From: Eledone cirrhosa
Lineage: Eukaryota
Direction: 5' to 3'
Assembly (NCBI GenBank): GCA_964016885.1
Contig: OZ024740.1
Span: 3,410,001 to 3,474,000 of the forward strand
DNA length: 64,000 bases
This document shows, in pieces, positions 1 through 14,500 of this stretch (positions are counted from its first letter, which is position 1; every line of letters begins with the position of its first letter). Under the pieces are notes generated by a model. The model was not told where the DNA came from. It was given only the letters and a program-made list of their open reading frames with translations, and ran no database searches. Both the position numbers and the translations under genes were made by a program.

Positions 1-1612
1 CTAAATAAACTATTACTGGTGCTAAATAAACTATTACTGGTGCTGAATAAACTATCACTGGTGCAAAATAAACCATCTCTAGTGCTAAATAAACTATCAC
101 TGGTGCTAAATAAACTATTACTGGTACTAAATAAACTATTACTGGTGCTAAATAAACTATTACTGGTACTAAATAAACTATTACTGGTTCTAGATAAACT
201 ATTACTGGTGCTAAATAAACTATCACTGGTGCTAAATAAACTATTACTGGTGCTAAATAAACTATTACTGGTACTAAATAAACGATAACTGGTGCTAAAT
301 AACCCATCACTGGTGCTAATTAAACTATCACTGGTGCTAAATAAAATATCACTGGTACTAAATAAACTATCACTGGTACTAAATAAACTATCACTGGTAC
401 TAAATAAACTATCACTGGTACTAAATAAACTATCACCGGTACTAAATAAACTATCACTGGTACTAAATAAACTATCACTGGTACTAAATCAACTATCACC
501 GGTACTAAATAAACTATCACTTGTACTAAATAAACTATCACTGGTACTAAATAAACTATCACTGGTGCTAAATAAACCATCACCGGTACTAAATAAACTA
601 TCACTTTGTGCTAAATAAACTATCACTGGTACTAAATAAACTATTACTGGTACTAAATAAACTATCACTGGTACTAAATAAACTATCACTTTGTGCTAAA
701 TAAACTATCACTGGTACTAAATAAACTATCACTTGTACTAAATAAACTATCACCTGTACTAAATAAACTATCACTGGTGCTAAATAAACCATCACCCGTA
801 CTAAATAAACTATCACTTGTACTAAATAAACTATCACTGGTACTAAATAAACTATCACTGGTGCTAAATAAACCATCACCGGTACTAAATAAACTATCAC
901 TGGTACTAAATAAACTATCACTGGTACTAAATAAACTATCACTTTGTGCTAAATAAACTATCACTGGTACTAAATAAACTATTACTGGTACTAAATAAAC
1001 TATCACTGGTACTAAATAAACTATCACTTTGTGCTAAATAAACTATCACTGGTACTAAATAAACTATCACTGATACTAAATAAACTATCACTGGTGCTAA
1101 ATAAACTATCACTGGTACTAAATAAACTATCACCGGTAGTAAATAAACTATCACTTGTACTAAATAAACTATTACTGGTGCTAAATAAACTATTACTGGT
1201 GCTAAATAAACTATTACTGGTACTAAATAAACTATTACTGGTGCTAAAAAAACTATTACTGGTGCTAAATAAACTATTACTGGTACTAAATAAACGATAA
1301 CTGGTGCTACATAACCCATCACTGGTGCTAAATAAACTATCACTGGTGCTAAATAAAATATCACTGGTACTAAATAAACTATCACTGGTACTAAATAAAC
1401 TATCACCGGTACTAAATAAACTATCACTGGTACTAAATAAACTATCACTGGTACTAAATCAACTATCACCGGTACTAAATAAACTATCACTTGTACTAAA
1501 TAAACTATCACTGGTACTAAATAAACTATCACTGGTGCTAAATAAACCATCACTGGTACTAAATAAACTATCACTGGTACTAAATAAACTATCACTGGTA
1601 CTAAGTAAACTA

Positions 1613-4600
1613 TCACTTTGTGCTAAATAAACTATCACTGGTACTAAATAAACTATTACTGGTACTAAATAAACTATCACTGGTACTAAATAAACTATCA
1701 CTTTGTGCTAAATAAACTATCACTGGTACTAAATAAACTATCACTGGTACTAAATAAACTATCACTGGTGCTACATAAACCATCACTTGTGCTAAATAAA
1801 CTATTACTAGTGCTAAATAAACTATTACTGGTACTAAATAAAGGATCACTTGTGCTAAATAAACCATCACTGGTGCTAAATAAACTATTACTGGTGCTAA
1901 ATAAACTATCACTGGTGCTGAATAAACTATCACTGGCGCTAAATAAACTATCACCGGTATTAAATAAACTATCACTGGTACTAAATAAACTATCACTGGT
2001 ACTAAATAAACTATCACTTTGTGCTAAATAAACTATCACTGGTACTAAATAAACTATTACTGGTGCTAAATAAACTATTACTGGTACTAAATAAACTATT
2101 ACTGGTACTAAATAAACTATTACTGGTATTAAATAAACGATCACTGGTACTAAATAAACTATCACTTTGTGCTAAATAAACTATCACTGGTACTAAATAA
2201 ACTATCACTTTGTGCTAAATACACTATCACTGGTACTAAATAAACTATTACTGGTGCTAAATAAACTATTACTGGTGCTGAATAAACTATCACTGGTGCA
2301 AAATAAACCATCTCTAGTGCTAAATAAACTATCACTGGTGCTAAATAAACTATTACTGGTACTAAATAAACTATTACTGGTGCTAAATAAACTATTACTG
2401 GTACTAAATAAACTATTACTGGTTCTAGATAAACTATTACTGGTGCTAAATAAACTATCACTGGTGCTAAATAAACTATTACTGGTGCTAAATAAACTAT
2501 TACTGGTACTAAATAAACGATAACTGGTGCTAAATAACCCATCACTGGTGCTAATTAAACTATCACTGGTGCTAAATAAAATATCACTGGTACTAAATAA
2601 ACTATCACTGGTACTAAATAAACTATCACTGGTACTAAATAAACTATCACTGGTACTAAATCAACTATCACCGGTACTAAATAAACTATCACTTGTACTA
2701 AATAAACTATCACTGGTACTAAATAAACTATCACTGGTGCTAAATAAACCATCACTGGTACTAAATAAACTATCACTGGTACTAAATAAACTATCACTGG
2801 TACTAAGTAAACTATCACTTTGTGCTAAATAAACTATCACTGGTACTAAATAAACTATTACTGGTACTAAATAAACTATCACTGGTACTAAATAAACTAT
2901 CACTTTGTGCTAAATAAACTATCACTGGTACTAAATAAACTATCACTGGTACTAAATAAACTATCACTGGTGCTACATAAACCATCACTTGTGCTAAATA
3001 AACTATTACTAGTGCTAAATAAACTATTACTGGTACTAAATAAAGGATCACTTGTGCTAAATAAACCATCACTGGTGCTAAATAAACTATTACTGGTGCT
3101 AAATAAACTATCACTGGTGCTGAATAAACTATCACTGGCGCTAAATAAACTATCACCGGTATTAAATAAACTATCACTGGTACTAAATAAACTATCACTG
3201 GTACTAAATAAACTATCACTTTGTGCTAAATAAACTATCACTGGTACTAAATAAACTATTACTGGTGCTAAATAAACTATTACTGGTACTAAATAAACTA
3301 TTACTGGTACTAAATAAACTATTACTGGTACTAAATAAACGATCACTGGTACTAAATAAACTATCACTTTGTGCTAAATAAACTATCACTGGTACTAAAT
3401 AAACGATCACTTTGTGCTAAATACACTATCACTGGTACTAAATAAACTATTACTGGTGCTAAATAAACTATTACTGGTGCTGAATAAACTATCACTGGTG
3501 CAAAATAAACCATCTCTAGTGCTAAATAAACTATCACTGGTGCTAAATAAACTATTACTGGTACTAAATAAACTATTACTGGTGCTAAATAAACTATTAC
3601 TGGTACTAAATAAACTATTACTGGTTCTAGATAAACTATTACTGGTGCTAAATAAACTATCACTGGTGCTAAATAAACTATTACTGGTGCTAAATAAACT
3701 ATTACTGGTACTAAATAAACGATAACTGGTGCTAAATAACCCATCACTGGTGCTAATTAAACTATCACTGGTGCTAAATAAAATATCACTGGTACTAAAT
3801 AAACTATCACTGGTACTAAATAAACTATCACTGGTACTAAATAAACTATCACTGGTACTAAATAAACTATCACCGGTACTAAATAAACTATCACTGGTAC
3901 TAAATAAACTATCACTGGTACTAAATCAACTATCACCGGTACTAAATAAACTATCACTTGTACTAAATAAACTATCACTGGTACTAAATAAACTATCACT
4001 GGTGCTAAATAAACCATCACCGGTACTAAATAAACTATCACTTTGTGCTAAATAAACTATCACTGGTACTAAATAAACTATTACTGGTACTAAATAAACT
4101 ATCACTGGTACTAAATAAACTATCACTTTGTGCTAAATAAACTATCACTGGTACTAAATAAACTATCACTTTGTGCTAAATAAACTATCACTGGTACTAA
4201 ATAAACTATCACTGGTACTAAATAAACTATCACTTTGTGCTAAATAAACTATCACTGGTACTAAATAAACTATTACTGGTACTAAATAAACTATCACTGG
4301 TACTAAATAAACTATCACTTTGTGCTAAATAAACTATCACTGGTACTAAATAAACTATCACTGGTACTAAATAAACTATCACTGGTGCTACATAAACCAT
4401 CACTTGTGCTAAATAAACTATTACTAGTGCTAAATAAACTATTACTGGTACTAAATAAAGGATCACTTGTGCTAAATAAACCATCACTGGTGCTAAATAA
4501 ACTATTACTGGTGCTAAATAAACTATCACTGGTGCTGAATAAACTATCACTGGCGCTAAATAAACTATCACCGGTATTAAATAAACTATCACTGGTACTA

Positions 4601-4830
4601 AATAAACTATCACTGGTACTAAATAAACTATCACTTTGTGCTAAATAAACTATCACTGGTACTAAATAAACTATTACTGGTGCTAAATAAACTATTACTG
4701 GTACTAAATAAACTATTACTGGTACTAAATAAACTATTACTGGTACTAAATAAACGATCACTGGTACTAAATAAACTATCACTTTGTGCTAAATAAACTA
4801 TCACTGGTACTAAATAAACTATCACTTTGT
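1613..4830. repeat. Higher-order repeat of ~1.2 kb within the satellite
   Basis: Identical translated blocks recur at a 1,202-bp offset (1613/2815, 1705/2907, 2212/3414). A third copy starts at 4230/4322. Confidence 0.85.
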
Positions 4831-7326
4831 GCTAAATACACTATCACTGGTACTAAATAAACTATTACTGGTGCTAAATAAACTATTACTGGTGCTGAAT
4901 AAACTATCACTGGTGCAAAATAAACCATCTCTAGTGCTAAATAAACTATCACTGGTGCTAAATAAACTATTACTGGTACTAAATAAACTATTACTGGTGC
5001 TAAATAAACTATTACTGGTACTAAATAAACGATAACTGGTGCTAAATAACCCATCACTGGTGCTAAATAAACTATCACTGGTGCTAAATAAAATATCACT
5101 GGTACTAAATAAACTATCACTGGTACTAAATAAACTATCACTGGTACTAAATAAACTATCACTGGTACTAAATAAACTATCACCGGTACTAAATAAACTA
5201 TCACTGGTACTAAATAAACTATCACTGGTACTAAATAAACTATCACCGGTACTAAATAAACTATCACTTGTACTAAATAAACTATCACCTGTACTAAATA
5301 AACTATCACTGGTGCTAAATAAACCATCACCCGTACTAAATAAACTATCACTGGTACTAAATAAACTATCACTGGTACTAAATAAACTATCACTTTGTGC
5401 TAAATAAACTATCACTGGTACTAAATAAACTATTACTGGTACTAAATAAACTATCACTGGTACTAAATAAACTATCACTTTGTGCTAAATAAACTATCAC
5501 TGGTAGTAAATAAACTATCACTGGTACTAAATAAACTATCACTGGTGCTAAATAAACTATCACTGGTGCTAAATAAACTATCACTGGTACTAAATAAACT
5601 ATCACCGGTACTAAATAAACTATCACTTGTACTAAATAAACTATCACTGGTACTAAATAAACTATCACTGGTGCTAAATAAACCATCACCGGTACTAAAT
5701 AAACTATCACTGGTACTAAATAAACTATCACTGGTACTAAATAAACTATCACTTTGTGCTAAATAAACTATCACTGGTACTAAATAAACTATTACTGGTA
5801 CTAAATAAACTATCACTGGTACTAAATAAACTATCACTTTGTGCTAAATAAACTATCACTGGTACTAAATAAACTATCACTGATACTAAATAAACTATCA
5901 CTGGTACTAAATAAACTATCACCGGTAGTAAATAAACTATCACTTGTACTAAATAAACTATTACTGGTGCTAAATAAACTATTACTGGTGCTAAATAAAC
6001 TATTACTGGTACTAAATAAACTATTACTGGTGCTAAAAAAACTATTACTGGTGCTAAATAAACTATTACTGGTACTAAATAAACGATAACTGGTGCTACA
6101 TAACCCATCACTGGTGCTAAATAAACTATCACTGGTGCTAAATAAAATATCACTGGTACTAAATAAACTATCACTGGTACTAAATAAACTATCACTGGTA
6201 CTAAATAAACTATCACTGGTACTAAATAAACTATCACCGGTACTAAATAAACTATCACTGTTACTAAATAAACTATCACTGGTACTAAATAAACTATCAC
6301 CGGTACTAAATAAACTATCACTTGTACTAAATAAACTATCACTGGTACTAAATAAACTATCACTGGTGCTAAATAAACCATCACCGGTACTAAATAAACT
6401 ATCACTGGTACTAAATAAACTATCACTGGTACTAAATAAACTATCACTTTGTGCTAAATAAACTATCACTGGTACTAAATAAACTATTACTGGTACTAAA
6501 TAAACTATCACTGGTACTAAATAAACTATCACTTTGTGCTAAATAAACTATCACTGGTACTAAATAAACTATCACTGGTACTAAATAAACTATCACTGGT
6601 GCTAAATAAACTATCACTGGTACTAAATAAACTATCACTGGTGCTAAATAAACTATCACTGGTACTAAATAAACTATCACTGGTGCTAAATAAACTAACA
6701 CTGGTACTAAATAAACTATCACTGGTACTAAATAAACCATCACTGGTGATAAATAAACCATCACTGGTACTAAGTAAACTATCACTGGTGCTGAATAAAC
6801 TATCACTGGTACTAAATAAACTATCACTGGTACTAAATAAACCATCAGTGGTACTAAATAAACTATCACTGGTACTAAATAAACCATCACTGGTGATAAA
6901 TAAACCATCACTGGTACTAAATAAACTATTACTGGTGCTAAATAACTATCACTGGTGCTAAATAAACTATCACTGGTACTAAATAACCTATCACTGGTGT
7001 CAAATAAACCTTCTCTAGTGCTAAGTAAACTATCACTGGTGCTGCAGAAATTATCACTGGTACTAAATATACTATCACTGGTGCTAAATAAACCATCTCT
7101 AGTGCTAAATAAACTATCACTGGTGCTAAATAAAGTATCACTGGGACTAAATAAACTATCACTGTTACCAAATAAACTATCACTGGTACTAAATAAACCA
7201 TCTCTAGTGCTAAATAAACTATCACTGGTACTAAATAAACTATCACTAGTGCTAAATACAATATCACTGATGCTAAATAAAGTATCACTGGTACTAAATA
7301 AACTATCACTGGTACTAAATAAACTA

Positions 7327-10300
7327 TCACTGTACTAAATAAAGTATCTCTGGTACTAAATAAATTATCACTGGTATTAAATAAACTATCACTGGTACTA
7401 AATAAACTATCACTGGTGCTAAATAAACTATCACTGGTACTAAATAAAATATAACTGGTGCTAAATAAACTATCACTAGTACTAAATAAACTATCACTGG
7501 TACTAAATAGACTATCACTGGTGCTAAATAAACTATCACTGGTGCTAAATAAACCATCACTGGATCTAAATAAACTATCACTGGTACTAAATAAACTATC
7601 ACTGGTGCTAAATAAACTATCACTGGTGCTTAATAAACTATCAGTGGTGCTAGATAAACCATCTCTAGTGCTAAGTAAACTATCACTGGTGCTAAATAAA
7701 TCATCTCTAGTGCTAAATAAACTATCACCGGTACTAAATAAACTATCACTGGTACTAAATAAACTATCACTGGTACTAAATAAACTATCACTGGTACTAA
7801 ATAAAATATCACTGGTACTAAATAAACTATCACTGGTGCTAAATAAACTATCACTGGTGCTAAATAAACTATCACTGGTACTAGATAAACTATCACTGCT
7901 GCTAAATAAACCATCTCTAGTGCTACAGAAACTATCACTGGTGCTAAATAAACTATCACTGGTGCTAAATAAACTATCACTAGTACTAAATAAACTATCA
8001 CTGGTGCTAAATTAACTATCACTGGTGCTAAATAAACCATCTCTAGTGCTAAAAAAACTATCACTGGTGCTAAATAAACCATCACTGGTGTTTAATAAAC
8101 TATCACTGGTGCTGAATAAACTATCACTGGTGCTAAATAAACCATCTCTAGTGCTAAATAAACTATCACCGGTACTAAATAAACTATCACTGGTAACAAA
8201 TAAACTATCACTGGTACTAAATAAACTATCACTGGTACTAAATAAACTATCACTGGTACTAAATAAACTATCACTGGTGCTAAATAAACTATCACTGGTG
8301 CTAAATAAACTATCACTGGTACAAAATAAACTATCACTGGTGCTAAATAGACTATCACTGGTGCTTAATAAACTATCACTGGTGCTAGATAAACCATCTC
8401 TAGTGCTAAGTAAACTATCACTGGTGCTAAATAAATCATCTCTAGTGCTAAATAAACTATCACCGGTACTAAATAAACTATCACTGGTACTAAATAAACT
8501 ATCACTGGTACTAAATAAACTATCACTGGTACTAAATAAACTATCACTGGTACTAAATAAACTATCACTGGTGCTAAATAAACTATCACTGGTGCTAAAG
8601 AAACTATCACTGGTACTAGATAAACTATCACTGGTGCTAAATAAACCATCTCTAGTGCTACAGAAACTATCACTGGTGCTAAATAAACTATCACTGGTGC
8701 TAAATAAACTATCACTAGTACTAAATAAACTATCACTGGTGCTAAATAAACCATCTCTAGTGCTAAATAAACTATCACTGGTGCTAAATAAACTATCTCT
8801 GGTACTATATATACTATCACTGGTGCTAAATAAACTATCACTAGTACTAAATAAACTATCACTGGTGCTAAATAAACCATCTCTAGTACTAAATAAACTA
8901 TCACTGGTGCTAAATTAACCATCTCTTGTGCTACATAAACTATCACTGGTACTAAATAAACTACCGCTGGTGCAACATAAACTATCACTGGTGCTAAATA
9001 AACTATCACTGGTGCTAAATAAACTATCACTGGTGCTAAATAAACTATCAGTAGTACTAAATAAACTATCACTGGTGCTAAATTAACTATCACTGGTGCT
9101 AAATAAACTACCACTGGTGCTAAATAAACTATCACTGGTGCTAAATAAACTATTACTGGTGCTGAATAAACTATCACTGGTGCTAAATAAACTATCACCG
9201 GTATTAAATAAACTATCACTGGTGCTAAATAAAATAACACTGATGCTAAATAAAATATCACTGGTACTAAATAAACTATCACTGGTACTAAATAAACTAT
9301 CACTGTACTAAATAAAGTATCACTGGTACTAAATAAATTATCACTGGTATTAAATAAACTATCACTGGTACTAGATAAACTATCACTGGTGCTAAATAAA
9401 CTATCACTGGTGCTAAATAAACTATCACTGGTACAAAATAAACTATCACTGGTACTAAATAAAATATTACTGGTGCTAAATAAACTATCACTGGTGCTAA
9501 ATAAACTATAACTGGTGCTAAATAAACTATCACTGGTGCTAAATAAACCATCACTGGAGCTAAATAAACTATCACTGGTACTAAATAAACTATCACTGGT
9601 GCTAAATAAACTATCACTGGTGCTTAATAAACTATCAGTGGTGCTAGATAAACCATCTCTAGTGCTAAGTAAACTATCACTGGTGCTAAATAAATCATCT
9701 CTAGTGCTAAATAAACTATCACCGGTACTAAATAAACTATCACTGGTACTAAATAAACTATCACTGGTACTAAATAAACTATCACTGGTACTAAATAAAA
9801 TATCACTGGTACTAAATAAACTATCACTGGTGCTAAATAAACTATCACTGGTGCTAAATAAACTATCACTGGTACTAGATAAACTATCACTGCTGCTAAA
9901 TAAACCATCTCTAGTGCTACAGAAACTATCACTGGTGCTAAATAAACTATCACTGGTGCTAAATAACCTATCACTAGTACTAAATAAACTATCACTGGTG
10001 CTAAATTAACTATCACTGGTGCTAAATAAACCATCTCTAGTGCTAAAAAAACTATCACTGGTGCTAAATAAACCATCACTGGTGTTTAATAAACTATCAC
10101 TGGTGCTGAATAAACTATCACTGGTGCTAAATAAACCATCTCTAGTGCTAAATAAACTATCACCGGTACTAAATAAACTATCACTGGTACCAAATAAACT
10201 ATCACTGGTACTAAATAAACTATCACTGGTACTAAATAAACTATCACTGGTACTAAATAAACTATCACTGGTGCTAAATAAACTATCACTGGTGCTAAAT

Positions 10301-11520
10301 AAACTATCACTGGTACAAAATAAACTATCACTGGTGCTAAATAGACTATCACTGGTGCTTAATAAACTATCACTGGTGCTAGATAAACCATCTCTAGTGC
10401 TAAGTAAACTATCACTGGTGCTAAATAAATCATCTCTAGTGCTAAATAAACTATCACCGGTACTAAATAAACTATCACTGGTACTAAATAAACTATCACT
10501 GGTACTAAATAAACTATCACTGGTACTAAATAAACTATCACTGGTACTAAATAAACTATCACTGGTGCTAAATAAACTATCACTGGTGCTAAAGAAACTA
10601 TCACTGGTACTAGATAAACTATCACTGGTGCTAAATAAACCATCTCTAGTGCTACAGAAACTATCACTGGTGCTAAATAAACTATCACTGGTGCTAAATA
10701 AACTATCACTAGTACTAAATAAACTATCACTGGTGCTAAATAAACCATCTCTAGTGCTAAATAAACTATCACTGGTGCTAAATAAACTATCTCTGGTACT
10801 ATATATACTATCACTGGTGCTAAATAAACTATCACTAGTACTAAATAAACTATCACTGGTGCTAAATAAACCATCTCTAGTACTAAATAAACTATCACTG
10901 GTGCTAAATTAACCATCTCTTGTGCTACATAAACTATCACTGGTACTAAATAAACTACCGCTGGTGCAACATAAACTATCACTGGTGCTAAATAAACTAT
11001 CACTGGTGCTAAATAAACTATCACTGGTGCTAAATAAACTATCAGTAGTACTAAATAAACTATCACTGGTGCTAAATTAACTATCACTGGTGCTAAATAA
11101 ACTACCACTGGTGCTAAATAAACTATCACTGGTGCTAAATAAACTATTACTGGTGCTGAATAAACTATCACTGGTGCTAAATAAACTATCACCGGTATTA
11201 AATAAACTATCACTGGTGCTAAATAAAATAACACTGATGCTAAATAAAATATCACTGGTACTAAATAAACTATCACTGGTACTAAATAAACTATCACTGT
11301 ACTAAATAAAGTATCACTGGTACTAAATAAATTATCACTGGTATTAAATAAACTATCACTGGTACTAGATAAACTATCACTGGTGCTAAATAAACTATCA
11401 CTGGTGCTAAATAAACTATCACTGGTACAAAATAAACTATCACTGGTACTAAATAAAATATTACTGGTGCTAAATAAACTATCACTGGTGCTAAATAAAC
11501 TATAACTGGTGCTAAATAAA
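7327..11520. repeat. Tandem duplication of 1,994 bp within the satellite
   Basis: Near-identical blocks at 7630/9624, 8025/10019, 8365/10359 and 9096/11090 are all offset by 1,994 bp. Confidence 0.9.
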
Positions 11521-14500
11521 CTATCACTGGTACTAAATAAACCATCACTGGTGATAAATAAACCATCACTGGTACTAAGTAAACTATCACTGGTGCTGAA
11601 TAAACTATCACTGGTACTAAATAAACTATCACTGGTACTAAATAAACCATCAGTGGTACTAAATAAACTATCACTGGTACTAAATAAACCATCACTGGTG
11701 ATAAATAAACCATCACTGGTACTAAATAAACTATTACTGGTGCTAAATAACTATCACTGGTGCTAAATAAACTATCACTGGTACTAAATAACCTATCACT
11801 GGTGTCAAATAAACCTTCTCTAGTGCTAAGTAAGCTATCACTGGTGCTGAAGAAATTATCACTGGTACTAAATATACTATCACTGGTGCTACATAAACCA
11901 TCTCTAGTGCTAAATAAACTATCACTGGTGCTAAATAAAGTATCACTGGGACTAAATAAACTATCACTGTTACCAAATAAACTATCACTGGTGCTAAATA
12001 AACCATCTCTAGTGCTAAATAAACTATCACTGGTACTAAATAAACTATCACTAGTGCTAAATACAATATCACTGATGCTAAATAAAGTATCACTGGTACT
12101 AAATAAACTATCACTGGTACTAAATAAACTATCAGTGTACTAAATAAAGTATCTCTGGTACTAAATAAATTATCACTGGTATTAAATAAACTATCACTGG
12201 TACTAAATAAACTATCACTGGTGCTAAATAAACTATCACTGGTACTAAATAAAATATAACTGGTGCTAAATAAACTATCACTAGTACTAAATAAACTATC
12301 ACTGGTACTAAATAAACTATCACTGGTGCTAAATAAACTATCACTGGTGCTAAATAAACCATCACTGGAGCTAAATAAACTATCACTGGTACTAAATAAA
12401 CTATCACTGGTGCTAAATAAACTATCACTGGTGCTTAATAAACTATCACTGGTGCTAGATAAACCATCTCTAGTGCTAAGTAAACTATCACTGGTGCTAA
12501 ATAAATCATCTCTAGTGCTAAATAAACTATCACCGGTACTAAATAAGCTATCACTGGTACTAAATAAACTATCACTGGTACTAAATAAACTATCACTGGT
12601 ACTAAATAAACTATCACTGGTACTAAATAAACTATCACTGGTGCTAAATAAACTATCACTGGTGCTAAATAAACTATCACTGGTACTAGAAAAACTATCA
12701 CTGGTGCTAAATAAACCATCTCTAGTGCTACAGAAACTATCACTGGTGCTAAATAAACTATCACTGGTGCTAAATAAACTATCACTAGTACTAAATAACT
12801 ATCACTGGTGCTAAATTAACTATCACTGGTGCTAAATAAACCATCTCTAGTGCTAAATAAACTATCACTGGTGCTAAATAAACTATCTCTGGTACTATAT
12901 ATACTATCACTGGTGCTAAATAAACTATCACTGGTGCTAAATAAACTACCACAGGTGCTAAATAAACTATCACTGGTGCTAAATAAACTATCAGTAGTAC
13001 TAAATAAACTATCACTGGTGCTAAATTAACTATCACTGGTTCTAAGTAAACCATCTCTAGTGCTAAATAAACTATCACTGGTGCTAAATAAACCATCTCT
13101 AGGGCTAAATAAACTATCACTAGTACTAAATAAACTATCACTGGTGCTAAATTAACTATCACTGGTGCTAAATAAACCATCTCTAGTGCTAAATAAACTA
13201 TAACTGGTGCTAAATAAAGTATCACTGGTACTATATAAACTATCATTGCTGCTAAATAAATTATCACTGGTACTAAATAAACTATCACTGGTGCTAGATA
13301 AACCATCTCTAGTGCTAATTAAACTATCACTGGTGCTAAATAAACTATCATTGGTACTAAATAAACTATCACTGGTGCTAAATAGAACATCGCTAGTGCT
13401 AAATAAACTATCACTGGTGCTAAATAAACTATCACTGGTACTAAATAGACCATCACTGGTGATAAATAAACCATCACTGGTACTAAATAAACTATCACTG
13501 GTGCTAAATAAACTATCACTGGTACTAAAGTAACCATCACTGGTACTAAATAAACTATCACTGGTGCTAAATAAACTATCACTGGTACTAAATAAACGAT
13601 CACTGGTACTAAATAAACTATTACTGGTGCTAAATAAACTATTACTGGTACTAAATAAACGATCACTGGTGCTAAATAAACCATCACTTGTGCTAAATAA
13701 ACTATTACTGGTGCTAAATAATCTATTACTGGTACTAAATAAAGGATCACTGGTGCTAAATAAACCATCACTGGTGCTAAATAAACTATTACTGGTGCTA
13801 AATAAACTATTACTGGTGCTGAATAAACTATCACTGGTGCTAAATAAACTATCACCGGTATTAAATAAACTATCACTGGTACTAAATAAACTATCACTGG
13901 TACTAAATAAACTATCACTTTGTGCTAAATAAACTATCACTGGTACTAAATAAACTATTACTGGTGCTAAATAAACTATTACTGGTACTAAATAAACTAT
14001 TACTGGTACTAAATAAACTATTACTGGTACTAAATAAACGATCACTGGTACTAAATAAACTATCATTTTGTGCTAAATAAACTATCACTGGTACTAAATA
14101 AACTATCACTTTCTGCTAAATAAACTATCACTGGTACTAAATAAACTATTACTGGTGCTAAATAAACTATTACTGGTGCTGAATAAACTATCACTGGTGC
14201 ACAATAAACCATCTCTAGAGCTAAATAAACTATCACTGGTACTAAATAAACTATCACTGGTGCTAAATAAACTATCACCGGTATTAAATAAACTATCACT
14301 GGTACTAAATAAACTATCACTGGTACTAAATAAACTATCACTTTGTGCTAAATAAACTATCACTGGTTCTAAATAAACTATTACTGGTGCTAAATAAACT
14401 ATCACTGGTGCTAAATAAACTATTACTGGTGCTAAATAAACTATTACTGGTACTAAATAAACGATAACTGGTGCTAAATAACCCATCACTGGTGCTAATT

